The position numbers and the translations under genes were made by a program. Below are positions 46,296 through 56,208 of a stretch of DNA of 64,000 nucleotides, piece after piece (position 1 is the stretch's first letter; each line of letters starts with the position of its first letter). Origin of the DNA: an uncultured Candidatus Poseidoniales archaeon (GTDB lineage: Archaea > Thermoplasmatota > Poseidoniia > Poseidoniales > Poseidoniaceae); contig CAZNXM010000003.1 of assembly GCA_964577145.1 (NCBI GenBank), positions 6,186-70,185 on the forward strand, given 5' to 3'. A model generated the notes under the pieces. It was not told the origin of the DNA. It saw only the letters and a program-made list of their open reading frames with translations, and did not search any database.

Positions 46296-47225
46296 ATGGC
46301 GAAGCCGGTACTGGTGACGGGTTTCACACCATTTGCCTCTCATGCGGTCAATATTTCGCAGGAAGTTGCTGAATCACTTGTAGGGCAAGAGGTTCGTGGC
46401 CACCCGATTGAAGTAGAAATTTTGAGCGTAGATGAAGCGGGTTCACAATTGGTTGCAAACCGAATTAATTCAGGTGAAGAATTTGCTGCAATAATGCACA
46501 TGGGATTGGCTGAAAATGCGGCCTGGCCGCGAATTGAGACTGTTGGACGAGATATACTTGATTTCCGAATACCGGATAACTCCGGGCGGCAAATCAAGGA
46601 TTCAACTATCACCGACAAAGGTGATTTGCCTGCGACAATTAATCCTCTTGACTGGGATGTTGAGAGGATGATAGATTCTCCAAGAATTAGTACTGATGCG
46701 GGTGAATTTCTCTGCAATGAGGTTTTTCATCGAACACTGAATAATTGTGGAGATACACCTTGCTTTTTCCTACATTTACCATTGCGTGAAAAATTAACTG
46801 ACCCGAAGGGTCTAGCAATCGAGTGCATAGACCGCATGTTACGTCCACCGGCAATTGATGTAGGGGCAGGAGCAATAATGCGGGATGGTACTTTCTTGGC
46901 AGCACGTAGAGCCCCTAATGAAAAACACGCTGGGTGGTGGGAATTTCCCGGAGGTAAATTCGAGGAAGGGGAAGATGCATACTCCTGTTTGCGGAGAGAA
47001 ATCATGGAAGAACTGGAACTGGAGGTAGAAGTGGGTGAAAACATCGGGGTCTGGATTTTTGACCACGGTGATGTAGTAGTTCGGTTACATGTACACGAAT
47101 GCATCGTAATTTCCGGTGAAATGAAGTTGCATGTTCATGACGATTCACGCTGGTGTACTTCGCCGGATGAGGTTCCTTGGCTAGGTCCTGATTATGAGAT
47201 TGCCACAGCAATCAGTGCCAGGTAA
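46296..47225 (+). CDS. Fusion protein: pyroglutamyl-peptidase I (C15, Pcp) domain plus C-terminal NUDIX hydrolase domain.
   Basis: Pcp: KPVLVTGFTPF, catalytic Cys in TDAGEFLCNEVFH, His in CFFLHLPL. NUDIX box GGKFEEGEDAYSCLRREIMEELELEV (Gx5Ex7REUxEE). Confidence 0.75.
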   Translation: MAKPVLVTGFTPFASHAVNISQEVAESLVGQEVRGHPIEVEILSVDEAGSQLVANRINSGEEFAAIMHMGLAENAAWPRIETVGRDILDFRIPDNSGRQIKDSTITDKGDLPATINPLDWDVERMIDSPRISTDAGEFLCNEVFHRTLNNCGDTPCFFLHLPLREKLTDPKGLAIECIDRMLRPPAIDVGAGAIMRDGTFLAARRAPNEKHAGWWEFPGGKFEEGEDAYSCLRREIMEELELEVEVGENIGVWIFDHGDVVVRLHVHECIVISGEMKLHVHDDSRWCTSPDEVPWLGPDYEIATAISAR

Positions 47226-47745
47226 TTGCCTCACCATCTCCTCGCATACTGTAATCATCGCCAACACGGCGCGGAATAGTATCTCGCCCTGAGTGCCAAG
47301 TTGCAGCCTCTATCCAATCGGCTAGTTCAGTACCCTCGATCTCGATAGTAATGACTCCGCCAAGAGGTGATTCGCCAGGTAAAGGAAATGCAACTTTACC
47401 TGCAAGAGCTGCTTGCCTTGAGATATGAAAGATTGTAGTATCATCTTGCAAATTTTCACTCATTGCATCTAGGCAGGTATCAAGAATTCGTTGGGTGTGA
47501 ATTGCTGAAAGGAATTCATCGAGTGGAACTGCAGATGCTGCCAAGACGATATTTCTGTCAATTGGGAACCTTGGCTCTTCTGGTACTTCACAACTAAAAC
47601 CGGGAAAGAGTCTGCAAACTGCTTCCATGACTTTGTCTGGAGAGTCTGCACCAGTGATGATTGTCGAGACTATTACGTCCAGCCCCTCGTCAACACCCGA
47701 GAGTTTCAGCCTCTGCATATTACTCTCCAGATACCCATGGCTCAT
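47212..47745 (-). CDS. Hypothetical protein (178 aa).
   Basis: Start set at MSHGYLESNM so the gene does not overlap the divergent GT2. No motif recognised with confidence. Confidence 0.5.
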   Translation of the reverse strand: MSHGYLESNMQRLKLSGVDEGLDVIVSTIITGADSPDKVMEAVCRLFPGFSCEVPEEPRFPIDRNIVLAASAVPLDEFLSAIHTQRILDTCLDAMSENLQDDTTIFHISRQAALAGKVAFPLPGESPLGGVITIEIEGTELADWIEAATWHSGRDTIPRRVGDDYSMRGDGEAITWH

Positions 47746-47792
47746 CAAGATGTCAGGCCAACCTTGACATCCCGCATCGATTGCCACTGGCC

Positions 47793-48758
47793 ATGGGATA
47801 CCGGGTATGTGCAGTTGTGCCAACCCTGAATGAACGCGCCCATATCGCTCGGTGTATCGATTCATTGCTCGCCCAAACAACGCCCATTGACATCTTGGTA
47901 CTCGATGGTGGTTCAACAGATTCTACGCTTGAGATTCTTGCAGGTTATGGTGATGCAATTACCGTGATTGATAATCCCGGTGAACGGGTGAGCCAAGCAC
48001 GCAACCTCGCATTGGAACATATCGGTAAAGACATCACACATTGTTTGGAAATTATTGGCCACTCTTGGGTTGATGCTGACCATGTAGAGAAACGTCTTGC
48101 AGACCTATACAGCCTTGAAGAAGAATTGGGTAAGGAAGTCGGAGCCATTGGCTGTCGAACCGAATCAGGTTCTCACGAAGGCATGGTCTCGCGTTGGGTA
48201 GAAGGTGCACTGGCCTCACCAATCGGCTCTGGCGGAGGGCAATTCAATCGATTTAAGGGGCGAAGTCGTACCAAAGTACCTGCATTTTGTCTTCACAATG
48301 TTAGAGCACTCAAAGAAGTAGAGGGGTGGGATGAACGTTTCATCACCAGTCAGGATTCAGACCTATCGATGCGAATGATTGCTGCGGGTTGGCAATTATG
48401 GAGAAGCGATGTATCTGCAGTATACATGCATAAGCGCTCTACACTTTCCAATTGGTGGCGAATGTGTCACCGCTATGGATTTTGGCGAACGAAGGTAATT
48501 TTACGCCATCCCTTACGAGCTGACCCTCGCGAATTTCTTCCAATTATAGGTTTAATTTTAATTGCATTATTACCGGTTTGGTGGTGGGCTCCTGCAGTAT
48601 ATTTGGCTACACTATTATTGGTCGGCCTTGCCTCGATGAGGGGCATTTCAAGCATCGTCGGCATCCCATTGTGCTTGATTATCCTACATACGGCCTTTAC
48701 AATAGGTCTCTTCGACGGACTGGTCCGTACTGGTAGGCCGCCTAAAGACCGGTCATGA
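47793..48758 (+). CDS. Family-2 glycosyltransferase (dolichyl-phosphate sugar synthase-like) with C-terminal TM helices.
   Basis: VCAVVPTLNERAHIARCIDSLLAQT ... ILVLDGGSTDST (GT2 DxD region) and C-terminal hydrophobic helices. Start at the ATG at 47793. Confidence 0.8.
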   Translation: MGYRVCAVVPTLNERAHIARCIDSLLAQTTPIDILVLDGGSTDSTLEILAGYGDAITVIDNPGERVSQARNLALEHIGKDITHCLEIIGHSWVDADHVEKRLADLYSLEEELGKEVGAIGCRTESGSHEGMVSRWVEGALASPIGSGGGQFNRFKGRSRTKVPAFCLHNVRALKEVEGWDERFITSQDSDLSMRMIAAGWQLWRSDVSAVYMHKRSTLSNWWRMCHRYGFWRTKVILRHPLRADPREFLPIIGLILIALLPVWWWAPAVYLATLLLVGLASMRGISSIVGIPLCLIILHTAFTIGLFDGLVRTGRPPKDRS

Positions 48759-48798
48759 GATGTCAACAATTATCCCTTGAACCTCGCGCACAGGGTTC

Positions 48799-49716
48799 AT
48801 GGATGTCCCCCGTGGCCTGACTTCTTGGGTACTTTTGGGATTGCCAATAGTGATTCTAAACACCCTGAGACTAATCGTTACTCCATTAGGTGGAATGATG
48901 TCGGTATCACCTACGCTCGATGTAGCACTCCATATCGTCGCACTTGCAATTGGGATCATCATGTTCCGGAAGACTCGAATCGTACGAGATCATGAGTGGG
49001 TACGCAGCAAGGCAGTAAAATCAGTTGGTGAGCACTTCAAAGCAGAGGAAAAGGGCGTTTGGGAGAAGGACGTACATATGGACTCAAGCCTTTCCATTGA
49101 TGCTGAGGTCAATATGAAGGGACAAGTTAGCACGCTTACTGGCTCAAGCAATAATCAAGATGTTGAGATTACCGAGGAAGTCGAAGTCGAGATGTTAATT
49201 GATTCCGAACATGTAATGCGTGCTCAAAGAAGGGTAAGTGGGGATGAGCAGTTCGATGACGGCGCCGTTCACTCAACCTTGGGTGCGACTCGAAAAACCT
49301 CCCCAATGGATGCCTTAATCGACTGGATTTCCAGTTTCTGGGGATATGACCGTGCTGCAGAAAGAGCGGCTAAGAGAGCCGCATCACTCGAACATAGGAG
49401 CCGTGAAACTCCGGTTACTGCTCAGCGTCCAATCGCTCCAATTCAACCGATTGAGACCGACCGCAAGGATACGGAAATGAAGCTTACAACGATGACTGAT
49501 GAGGGAAATCTCGAAACCGATATTGAAGTAGCACCTGTAGTGGAAGAAAAGCAAACGCTTTCGATGGAGGAAATGGCATATGGTGTCAAATCTCCAGCAG
49601 CATATTCTCCTGAACCGTCCTCTTCTTCATTTTCGCCACGTCCTACATGTCGCACATGTTCTGCACCGAATGAAGTTGGAGAGCGTTTCTGTAGCAATTG
49701 TGGTAGCGATCTTTGA
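48799..49716 (+). CDS. Membrane protein with a cytoplasmic C-terminal zinc ribbon.
   Basis: N-terminal TM helices. C-terminal [22 protein letters not shown]. Confidence 0.55.
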   Translation: MDVPRGLTSWVLLGLPIVILNTLRLIVTPLGGMMSVSPTLDVALHIVALAIGIIMFRKTRIVRDHEWVRSKAVKSVGEHFKAEEKGVWEKDVHMDSSLSIDAEVNMKGQVSTLTGSSNNQDVEITEEVEVEMLIDSEHVMRAQRRVSGDEQFDDGAVHSTLGATRKTSPMDALIDWISSFWGYDRAAERAAKRAASLEHRSRETPVTAQRPIAPIQPIETDRKDTEMKLTTMTDEGNLETDIEVAPVVEEKQTLSMEEMAYGVKSPAAYSPEPSSSSFSPRPTCRTCSAPNEVGERFCSNCGSDL

Positions 49717-49769
49717 GCGCATGGTTCAAAGAGGCCCTGCTACCCGAACGGAATGAGGCAGTGGTCGAT

Positions 49770-50894
49770 ATGTCAGAAAAGCGCGACTACTACGAAGTCC
49801 TTGGTGTCAGCAAGGGTGCCGATGATTCCGAGTTGAAAAAGGCCTTCAGGTCTATGGCTCGAAAGTATCATCCCGACAAAAATGATGCAGCAGATGCTGA
49901 GTCAAAATTCAAAGAAATCCAGGAAGCTTATGCTGTATTATCGGATTCTCAAAAACGCGCAAATTATGACCGCTTCGGACATAATAGCCCGGGCGGAAGT
50001 CCGTTTGGTGCAGGCGGTTTCCAAGGGTTCAATATCAATCTGGATGACATTCTTGGAGGCGATTTCTTTTCCAATATTTTTGGAGGAGGTGCAAGGCGTT
50101 CGACAACTCGGCAGGGAAACGACATTCTCGTTCGACATTCGGTAAGTCTGAAATCTGTATTAGATGGGTCTGAGGAGGAGATTACTCTTGAACTTCCACA
50201 CCACTGTAGTGACTGCAGTGGTACAGGCGCCAAGGATGGGGAAGTGAGTGATTGCACAGAATGCGATGGCCAAGGCCGGGTCCGTATTAGGCAACAGATT
50301 GGCCCATTTGTGCAGGATGCGGTTCGAGATTGTCCACAATGCCAAGGCAGCGGTATGTCATCGGCTGCACGTTGCAAAAAATGCGCAGGAGATGGGCTTG
50401 ACACATCAGAGGAAACTTTGCGATTCAACGTCCCAAAGGGAGCAAGTGATGGTACTCGTTTGCGCATGAAAGGCAAGGGTCAGCCTGGCCCCCATGGGAA
50501 AGGTGCTTCAGGAGATCTATTCATTGAATTGCGAATTGAAGAACACGCTTGGTTTGAGCGTAATGGAATGGATTTAATCATGAGTATTCCAATCGGCTTT
50601 AGCGACCTTGCTTTGGGAACCTCAATCACAATTTCGCACTTTGACGGTAAGGATTTGACAATCAAGGTGCCTGCGGGAAGTAATTCTGGTGATACTACGA
50701 CAGTTAGTGGCAGAGGACTCCCAAGTAAACGTGGTTTTGGCCGTGGTGACGTAGTAGTCTTGTTCAAATTACATATGCCAAAGAAATTCGGCAAAGTTGC
50801 AAAGAAAGCGCTCGAAGAACTTAGAGAATCGCTTGATGGCGGTGGCGATATTATCGACCGTATCATCGATGATGCAGAAGATAGGCGTTCGTAA
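49770..50894 (+). CDS. dnaJ: Chaperone DnaJ (Hsp40).
   Basis: J-domain [35 protein letters not shown] region, and four CxxCxGxG repeats ([32 protein letters not shown]). Confidence 0.9.
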   Translation: MSEKRDYYEVLGVSKGADDSELKKAFRSMARKYHPDKNDAADAESKFKEIQEAYAVLSDSQKRANYDRFGHNSPGGSPFGAGGFQGFNINLDDILGGDFFSNIFGGGARRSTTRQGNDILVRHSVSLKSVLDGSEEEITLELPHHCSDCSGTGAKDGEVSDCTECDGQGRVRIRQQIGPFVQDAVRDCPQCQGSGMSSAARCKKCAGDGLDTSEETLRFNVPKGASDGTRLRMKGKGQPGPHGKGASGDLFIELRIEEHAWFERNGMDLIMSIPIGFSDLALGTSITISHFDGKDLTIKVPAGSNSGDTTTVSGRGLPSKRGFGRGDVVVLFKLHMPKKFGKVAKKALEELRESLDGGGDIIDRIIDDAEDRRS

Positions 50895-52922
50895 TCACTC
50901 TTCTTCAAAGTTTACAGTACGTGTAATAATTTGAGTTGGCTTAGCAGCCATAGGTGTACCATTTACAAGTCCTGAAAGATGAATATCCAGTGCATTTCCT
51001 CCTCCGGTTAATTCTACCTTGAGGAAGAAACGAGTACCCTTTGCAAGTGTGTCGATAAATACTTCATGGCCTCGATAAAGTAACCGTGGTTCAACCTTAC
51101 TAACTTCCCAGTGTTCACCTTCAGGGGCTTCAAATCTGATTGCTGCGACTTCCCATTCCTCATCTTGTGGGTTGAGGCCGATTAATAGAGGCCAGGCGCC
51201 CTTTGATGCCATTCGGTCGTCCATGGTCCATACTGCGAGGTCAATTCCCGAAGTATGATGTCGGAGAGTTGGTTTTCCCCATGCTTTTAGCGCCTCTTCC
51301 CATTCAAGACTAGCAACTGCACGTAGAGCGCGAGCTAAGTCTTTCTGAACAGGATTTCCACTCTCAAGGCGTTGGCGCAACCACTCTAGCCTATTCTTTG
51401 CCGTGGCCATTTCTGCGGCAAGAATCCGTTCACCTCGCAAGTGAACTAGAAGCCATATTAACGGAAGAAGGAAACTGAAACCAAGAGACCAACGCAACAT
51501 TACTGCTGCATTTTCTACTTCATCACTTGCAGGGAACCATGGCTCTTCACCCTCATCGATTACGATGGTATCAACCCGTAGATTCCAGTTTAGTATTTCG
51601 GCCCCATCATTTGTTGCTGCTGAACCATTTACATGTTCGATTATTATGAAATGTGTACCCCTACTAACAGTAAGCGCAGCCTCGATATTACTCATTGAAA
51701 ACGTGGCTTCAGTTTCATCGTGAATTTCCCAAGTTCCTTGGTTTACATCGAGAATTGTTACTTTCAAATCTCTTACATCTCCCTCAAGCGTGAGGTCGAT
51801 TAAATGGATCGACTCATTCCACCCAGTCGTTTCTATTCGTAAAACATCAATCCAATCACCATTTGACAAAGTCAGTTCACCTTGTACAACCTCTCCATTC
51901 ATTTCAATATGAGGCCATGAGGAATTGTCTGAACTAAGACCCATTGGTATTAACGAGGGCGCCTCAAGGCCGGAATTTGCATCTGCATGACTAGTTCGTT
52001 GTAGACGACTGGTCCAATAACAATCACAATTTACAGTTATTTCAATGAGCCCAACATCAGCTTGTGAGAACACCATATCTCCTACATTGTAGGTACTTGA
52101 TTCTCCCCATGAATCACTTTTCAGCAATCGAATACTTGCATTCAAGTTATTGTCAACATCGTCAATTTCTGTGAGAGCTACAATCTCCAACGATTGTATT
52201 GGATTGAATAGAGTGCGAATAGGTACACGGCCAATACCGCTGAGGAATGTTGGATAGTCAACGATTCGTGGAGTGGAAACATCGATGCGATGAACAGTAA
52301 GTGACCATAGAGTATCGGGAGATTGACTGGTAATTGTAGCCACAATACGTCCTTCCTCAGAAATTGGAATGAATAATGGTTCCATACCATCAATAGATGT
52401 ATTTGAGGCAGTTGTGATTTCACCAATCAAAATTTCACTGCCATTTGTTTGGAAATGAAGTTGAATGTCAAGGTCTGAAGAGGCACCCATCAAATTGATG
52501 CGATACATTTCACCGGATTCTACTGGAGTAACAAAGACATCTGCGCTATCATTCGTCATGTCGCCAGTCATTATTGCAACATCACAATTTCCAATGAAGA
52601 AATAATCTTGCGGGCATAATTGCACACTTGTATTTGTGAAATTTTCACCTGGTGCGGGTCGAAGATTTGGTAAGTCTTCCATTGTGGGGAGCACACCTTG
52701 GCAATATACTCCATGGTCTGCGAATACAGTAGCATTTCCTGCAGTGATATTTACTTCAAAGGAGGTGCCATTTGCGAGTTCCTCTCCATTATTGCTAATA
52801 TTGGCTTCACCGGTGCAGTCGAGCCAAGCTCGACCATCAACGACAGCATAGGTGAACGAGTATGCACTAGCCCCTTGTGCGATAAACATCACAACCAAAA
52901 TGCCGACCAATACCCTGCGCAT
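50895..52922 (-). CDS. Surface protein: signal peptide, ~480-aa ectodomain, single TM, ~170-aa cytoplasmic domain.
   Basis: MRRVLVGILVVMFIAQGASA signal. TM LRWSLGFSFLLPLIWLLVHL. Confidence 0.65.
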   Translation of the reverse strand: MRRVLVGILVVMFIAQGASAYSFTYAVVDGRAWLDCTGEANISNNGEELANGTSFEVNITAGNATVFADHGVYCQGVLPTMEDLPNLRPAPGENFTNTSVQLCPQDYFFIGNCDVAIMTGDMTNDSADVFVTPVESGEMYRINLMGASSDLDIQLHFQTNGSEILIGEITTASNTSIDGMEPLFIPISEEGRIVATITSQSPDTLWSLTVHRIDVSTPRIVDYPTFLSGIGRVPIRTLFNPIQSLEIVALTEIDDVDNNLNASIRLLKSDSWGESSTYNVGDMVFSQADVGLIEITVNCDCYWTSRLQRTSHADANSGLEAPSLIPMGLSSDNSSWPHIEMNGEVVQGELTLSNGDWIDVLRIETTGWNESIHLIDLTLEGDVRDLKVTILDVNQGTWEIHDETEATFSMSNIEAALTVSRGTHFIIIEHVNGSAATNDGAEILNWNLRVDTIVIDEGEEPWFPASDEVENAAVMLRWSLGFSFLLPLIWLLVHLRGERILAAEMATAKNRLEWLRQRLESGNPVQKDLARALRAVASLEWEEALKAWGKPTLRHHTSGIDLAVWTMDDRMASKGAWPLLIGLNPQDEEWEVAAIRFEAPEGEHWEVSKVEPRLLYRGHEVFIDTLAKGTRFFLKVELTGGGNALDIHLSGLVNGTPMAAKPTQIITRTVNFEEE

Positions 52923-52988
52923 GTCATACTCTCGTACACTTCTCCTCCTTCAAATCATTCAAGACAGGCGCACACACGGGCATGATAC

Positions 52989-54731
52989 ATGCAGGCGCTA
53001 GGGCGTTCCGTAATAGCACGTCAAAGGATGGCGCGCCTATGGGGCTTAGGAGATAGGAGCGAACCTTCTTCCTTCACTCCAGGATTAGTCCTGATGGATG
53101 GAGATGATGCTCCAGTTTCTATTGCCCCATTCACCACTTCAAAGAATGAAGGTATTCCTGCAATAATAAAACTCGAAGCCAGAGCTGCTTTTGCTCCATG
53201 GGAGGGCTCAGACTTCTCACCAATACTCAGTGCTTCTATCGGACATGTACTTCCACCTTCTCTCGATGAGGCAGATGCTGGAGAATCAGCAGAGAAGGGA
53301 TTGCTATTGCCTGTTTCTTGGCAGGCAATGTGCCACGATCAAGAACTCTTTGAAACAGAAATCCAACCCCATGTTGTAGTCTTGACTGATGCTCTTCAAT
53401 TAGCTGGTCGTCCCGGCCGTCTTGTAGAAGCAATCGATGTAATCAAGCGTAGATTTCCTGGTGCCCTTTTGTGGTGTCCAGGTATTGGTGGGCCGGATAA
53501 TTGCGCGGTTTATTCATGGTTTGGAGTTGACCTTTTCGATACAACACGGACACAACAAGCCGAGGCATTTGGAGCGGTGTTAACTGGCGAAGGTCCACGC
53601 TTGAGTGAACCTACAGTAGAAGACGATGTAGACCATTGGTCTTTAGCAATCGCAGAGGTGCGTAGGGCGATAAGGGATGGAAACCTCCGGGAATTAGCAA
53701 TGAAAAAATCGCTATCGAGTCCACGCTTGGTAGAGCATATGCGAAAGCATGACCAATTAATGTCACAAAAGAATGGCTTTCTTAATCAAATCGTGACCGA
53801 AGGCACAACCTTGAGGATCCACTCTAGCGATTCCCATGATGACCCAATCATCACCGATTGGGTTCGATTCATGACCGAATCTTACTCCCGCCCGGAAGGG
53901 GTAGATGATGTGCTGGTTCTATTACCGTGCTCGGCCAGAAAACCATATTCATTTTCGCGCTCGCATAGAGCATTTAGAAGAGCACTTGGACATAATTCCG
54001 CCCATGAAGTGATGGTGACATCACCGCTTGGACTTGTGCCAAGAGATCTAGAAGAATGCTGGCCTGCTGGCCATTATGATATCCCTGTAACAGGTGATTG
54101 GGGCGATGATGAACTAAAACGTGTTCGGGCAATGCTTGATGCACTCGTGAGCAATAATGGCTATCGAGTAATAATCAATCACAGTGGGATGGAATATCAA
54201 AACGACTCATGTGAAATAGTTGAGACTAGACAAGGTGACTCAGCAACATATCATGATTCATTGAAGCGCCTTGGTGAAGCTGTACTCGAGCATGTGCGCA
54301 TCAAGAAGCGTCGTGGCGAGGAGATCAATATCGCCAATTTCCGTTCTGTAGCCCGATTCCACAATCTCAACGATAATTGGCTTGAAGGAGTCAAAATAGG
54401 TGGGCGTTTCCCTAGGTGGAAGATTAATCTCAATGGCGAACAAATTGCAATGTGGGCGCCTGAAAGAGGTGGATTTTCATTAGCAAAGGCTTCGATACCG
54501 CTCCTCGATAAGCATGATTCCTTGCCTCGGGTCCACCTCAAGCCGGATATCAAGTGGAAAGGAGACCTCAACTTATCCATTCTCGAATCATGGCCGGAGA
54601 CCATACGTTCCGGTCAGGACTTATTGGTGGTGCAAGACGGCGCAGTTGTTGGAATTGGTCGTGCAACAGCTCCTGCTTGGGAGTGGCCAGCAACCCCGGG
54701 TAGGCTTGGAAAGATGCATCAAAGGCTGTGA
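52989..54731 (+). CDS. arcS: Archaeosine synthase ArcS-like (degenerate TGT-like N-terminus, DUF5591 with PCX3KPYX2SX2H motif, C-terminal PUA domain).
   Basis: LLPCSARKPYSFSRSH fits the ArcS signature exactly. C-terminal PUA-like LLVVQDGAVVGIGRATA. Confidence 0.7.
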   Translation: MQALGRSVIARQRMARLWGLGDRSEPSSFTPGLVLMDGDDAPVSIAPFTTSKNEGIPAIIKLEARAAFAPWEGSDFSPILSASIGHVLPPSLDEADAGESAEKGLLLPVSWQAMCHDQELFETEIQPHVVVLTDALQLAGRPGRLVEAIDVIKRRFPGALLWCPGIGGPDNCAVYSWFGVDLFDTTRTQQAEAFGAVLTGEGPRLSEPTVEDDVDHWSLAIAEVRRAIRDGNLRELAMKKSLSSPRLVEHMRKHDQLMSQKNGFLNQIVTEGTTLRIHSSDSHDDPIITDWVRFMTESYSRPEGVDDVLVLLPCSARKPYSFSRSHRAFRRALGHNSAHEVMVTSPLGLVPRDLEECWPAGHYDIPVTGDWGDDELKRVRAMLDALVSNNGYRVIINHSGMEYQNDSCEIVETRQGDSATYHDSLKRLGEAVLEHVRIKKRRGEEINIANFRSVARFHNLNDNWLEGVKIGGRFPRWKINLNGEQIAMWAPERGGFSLAKASIPLLDKHDSLPRVHLKPDIKWKGDLNLSILESWPETIRSGQDLLVVQDGAVVGIGRATAPAWEWPATPGRLGKMHQRL

Positions 54732-54804
54732 TTCCCCGTAGGGGAGATGGCCGCAGCGGTTAAGAATGGGTTACAGGTCGGCGGAATGCTCGGAGGCACC
54801 TCAC

Positions 54805-55260
54805 ATGGCACGAATGTACGCTGGCAGCAAAGGTAAGTCTGGTTCCACAAAACCACACACAGGTGTAGCGCCAGAGTGGTCTAACGCAGATGCATCCGCT
54901 ATTAATTCTCTAATCATTGAACTCGGTAAGTCTGGACATACCAGTGCACAGATCGGTACCATCCTTCGTGACCAGCACGCAGTTCCTGATGTTCGAACTG
55001 TTCTGGGCAAGAGGGTTTCCGCAGTTCTTTCGGAAAACGAAATCGGTGGTTCTTACCCTGAAGACATGATGAACCTCATGCGCAAGGCAGTCAGTATCAT
55101 TGAGCACCTTGGTTCCAACCGCAAGGATTTGCATAACAAGCGAGCCCTTGAGTTGATTGAAGCAAAAATCCGCAGACTCGCAAAGTACTACATCTCCGAG
55201 GGTCGTTTAGACTCCGAGTGGAAGTACAAGCGTGACCAACTCCGCCTGATGGTAGAGTGA
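54805..55260 (+). CDS. rps15: 30S ribosomal protein S15 (uS15, archaeal type).
   Basis: MARMYAGSKGKSGSTKPH N-terminus. GGAGG 9 nt upstream of the ATG at 54805. Confidence 0.9.
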   Translation: MARMYAGSKGKSGSTKPHTGVAPEWSNADASAINSLIIELGKSGHTSAQIGTILRDQHAVPDVRTVLGKRVSAVLSENEIGGSYPEDMMNLMRKAVSIIEHLGSNRKDLHNKRALELIEAKIRRLAKYYISEGRLDSEWKYKRDQLRLMVE

Positions 55261-55314
55261 TGGCTCCGCACAACTTGATGAACTACCGGCCGCGAGTGGT
55301 CGGACGGTGAGTGG

Positions 55315-56208
55315 TTGCACGACCTGCTTCAGACATCCTTATTTCTGGACCTCAAAGAAGGTCTGCTCGCCATTATCAATCGCATCAAAGAGGCGAAAAT
55401 CATCCAAATTGTTTCGCCAGCGGATATGGAAGGCGTACTCGCTCTTTCACAATTAGAAGCCGCACTATTGGACGTTTCAATTCCATATCGTCGCCGCCTA
55501 CAGCCACCGCGGCGGCATGTACCGAGAGATGAGGTCCCACCATTGCCTGAAGGAGATGGACTGACAATCCATATCGATCCATTCGAAGAGGCACAAAACT
55601 CCATGTTGATGGAAGATGGTGTCATCCATATACATCCTATACAGGTTGAAGTAGAATTTGAATCCTCATCACGTTCTCACCATGGAGCATTGGATTGCGT
55701 AGCTATTTGTGGAACGATTGCTGCAATTATCGCTCCAGATGGTGCACGTGTGAGAAAGCAACGAGCAATGGTACTAGCCGGTACTTGGCTCTCAAATAGG
55801 ATGGAATCTAATTACGACCCAGTAATGTCGTTACTACGGGACCATTTAGATTCAGAAGGGTCAATTGATGTTCGTCCTTTACCTGAAGTATCCTCGCCAG
55901 CACCTGACATGATTCCCGGGCTTTCAGCAGGTATGCTGAAACGATTGTGCAGAAGTTGGGTGGGTATGGATTTTGAAGAGAGGGCAGGTGCAATTAGCGA
56001 ATTGGTATTGCCTTGTCTGAAGGAAGAGGGATTGTCTACAATGCGTATCGAGGAGTTAATTTGGCATCGGGCAATTGTACCAGGGCATGATGTTGACATT
56101 GCTAGTCAATTACATTTAGCGCTTGAAGGGTGGCCAGAAGAGTCTGATGCTTCAAGGGTTCACGCGAGTGGTATTGCTGATAATCTAATCAAGCAAGGTC
56201 ATCTCTAA
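55315..56208 (+). CDS. Hypothetical protein; possibly a degenerate DHH-family (RecJ/GAN-like) N-terminal domain.
   Basis: IVSPADMEGVLALSQLEAALL resembles DHH motif I (hhxHxDxDGxxS) but lacks the acidic residues. Located directly after rps15, where RecJ-like genes often sit in Euryarchaeota. Confidence 0.4.
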   Translation: MHDLLQTSLFLDLKEGLLAIINRIKEAKIIQIVSPADMEGVLALSQLEAALLDVSIPYRRRLQPPRRHVPRDEVPPLPEGDGLTIHIDPFEEAQNSMLMEDGVIHIHPIQVEVEFESSSRSHHGALDCVAICGTIAAIIAPDGARVRKQRAMVLAGTWLSNRMESNYDPVMSLLRDHLDSEGSIDVRPLPEVSSPAPDMIPGLSAGMLKRLCRSWVGMDFEERAGAISELVLPCLKEEGLSTMRIEELIWHRAIVPGHDVDIASQLHLALEGWPEESDASRVHASGIADNLIKQGHL

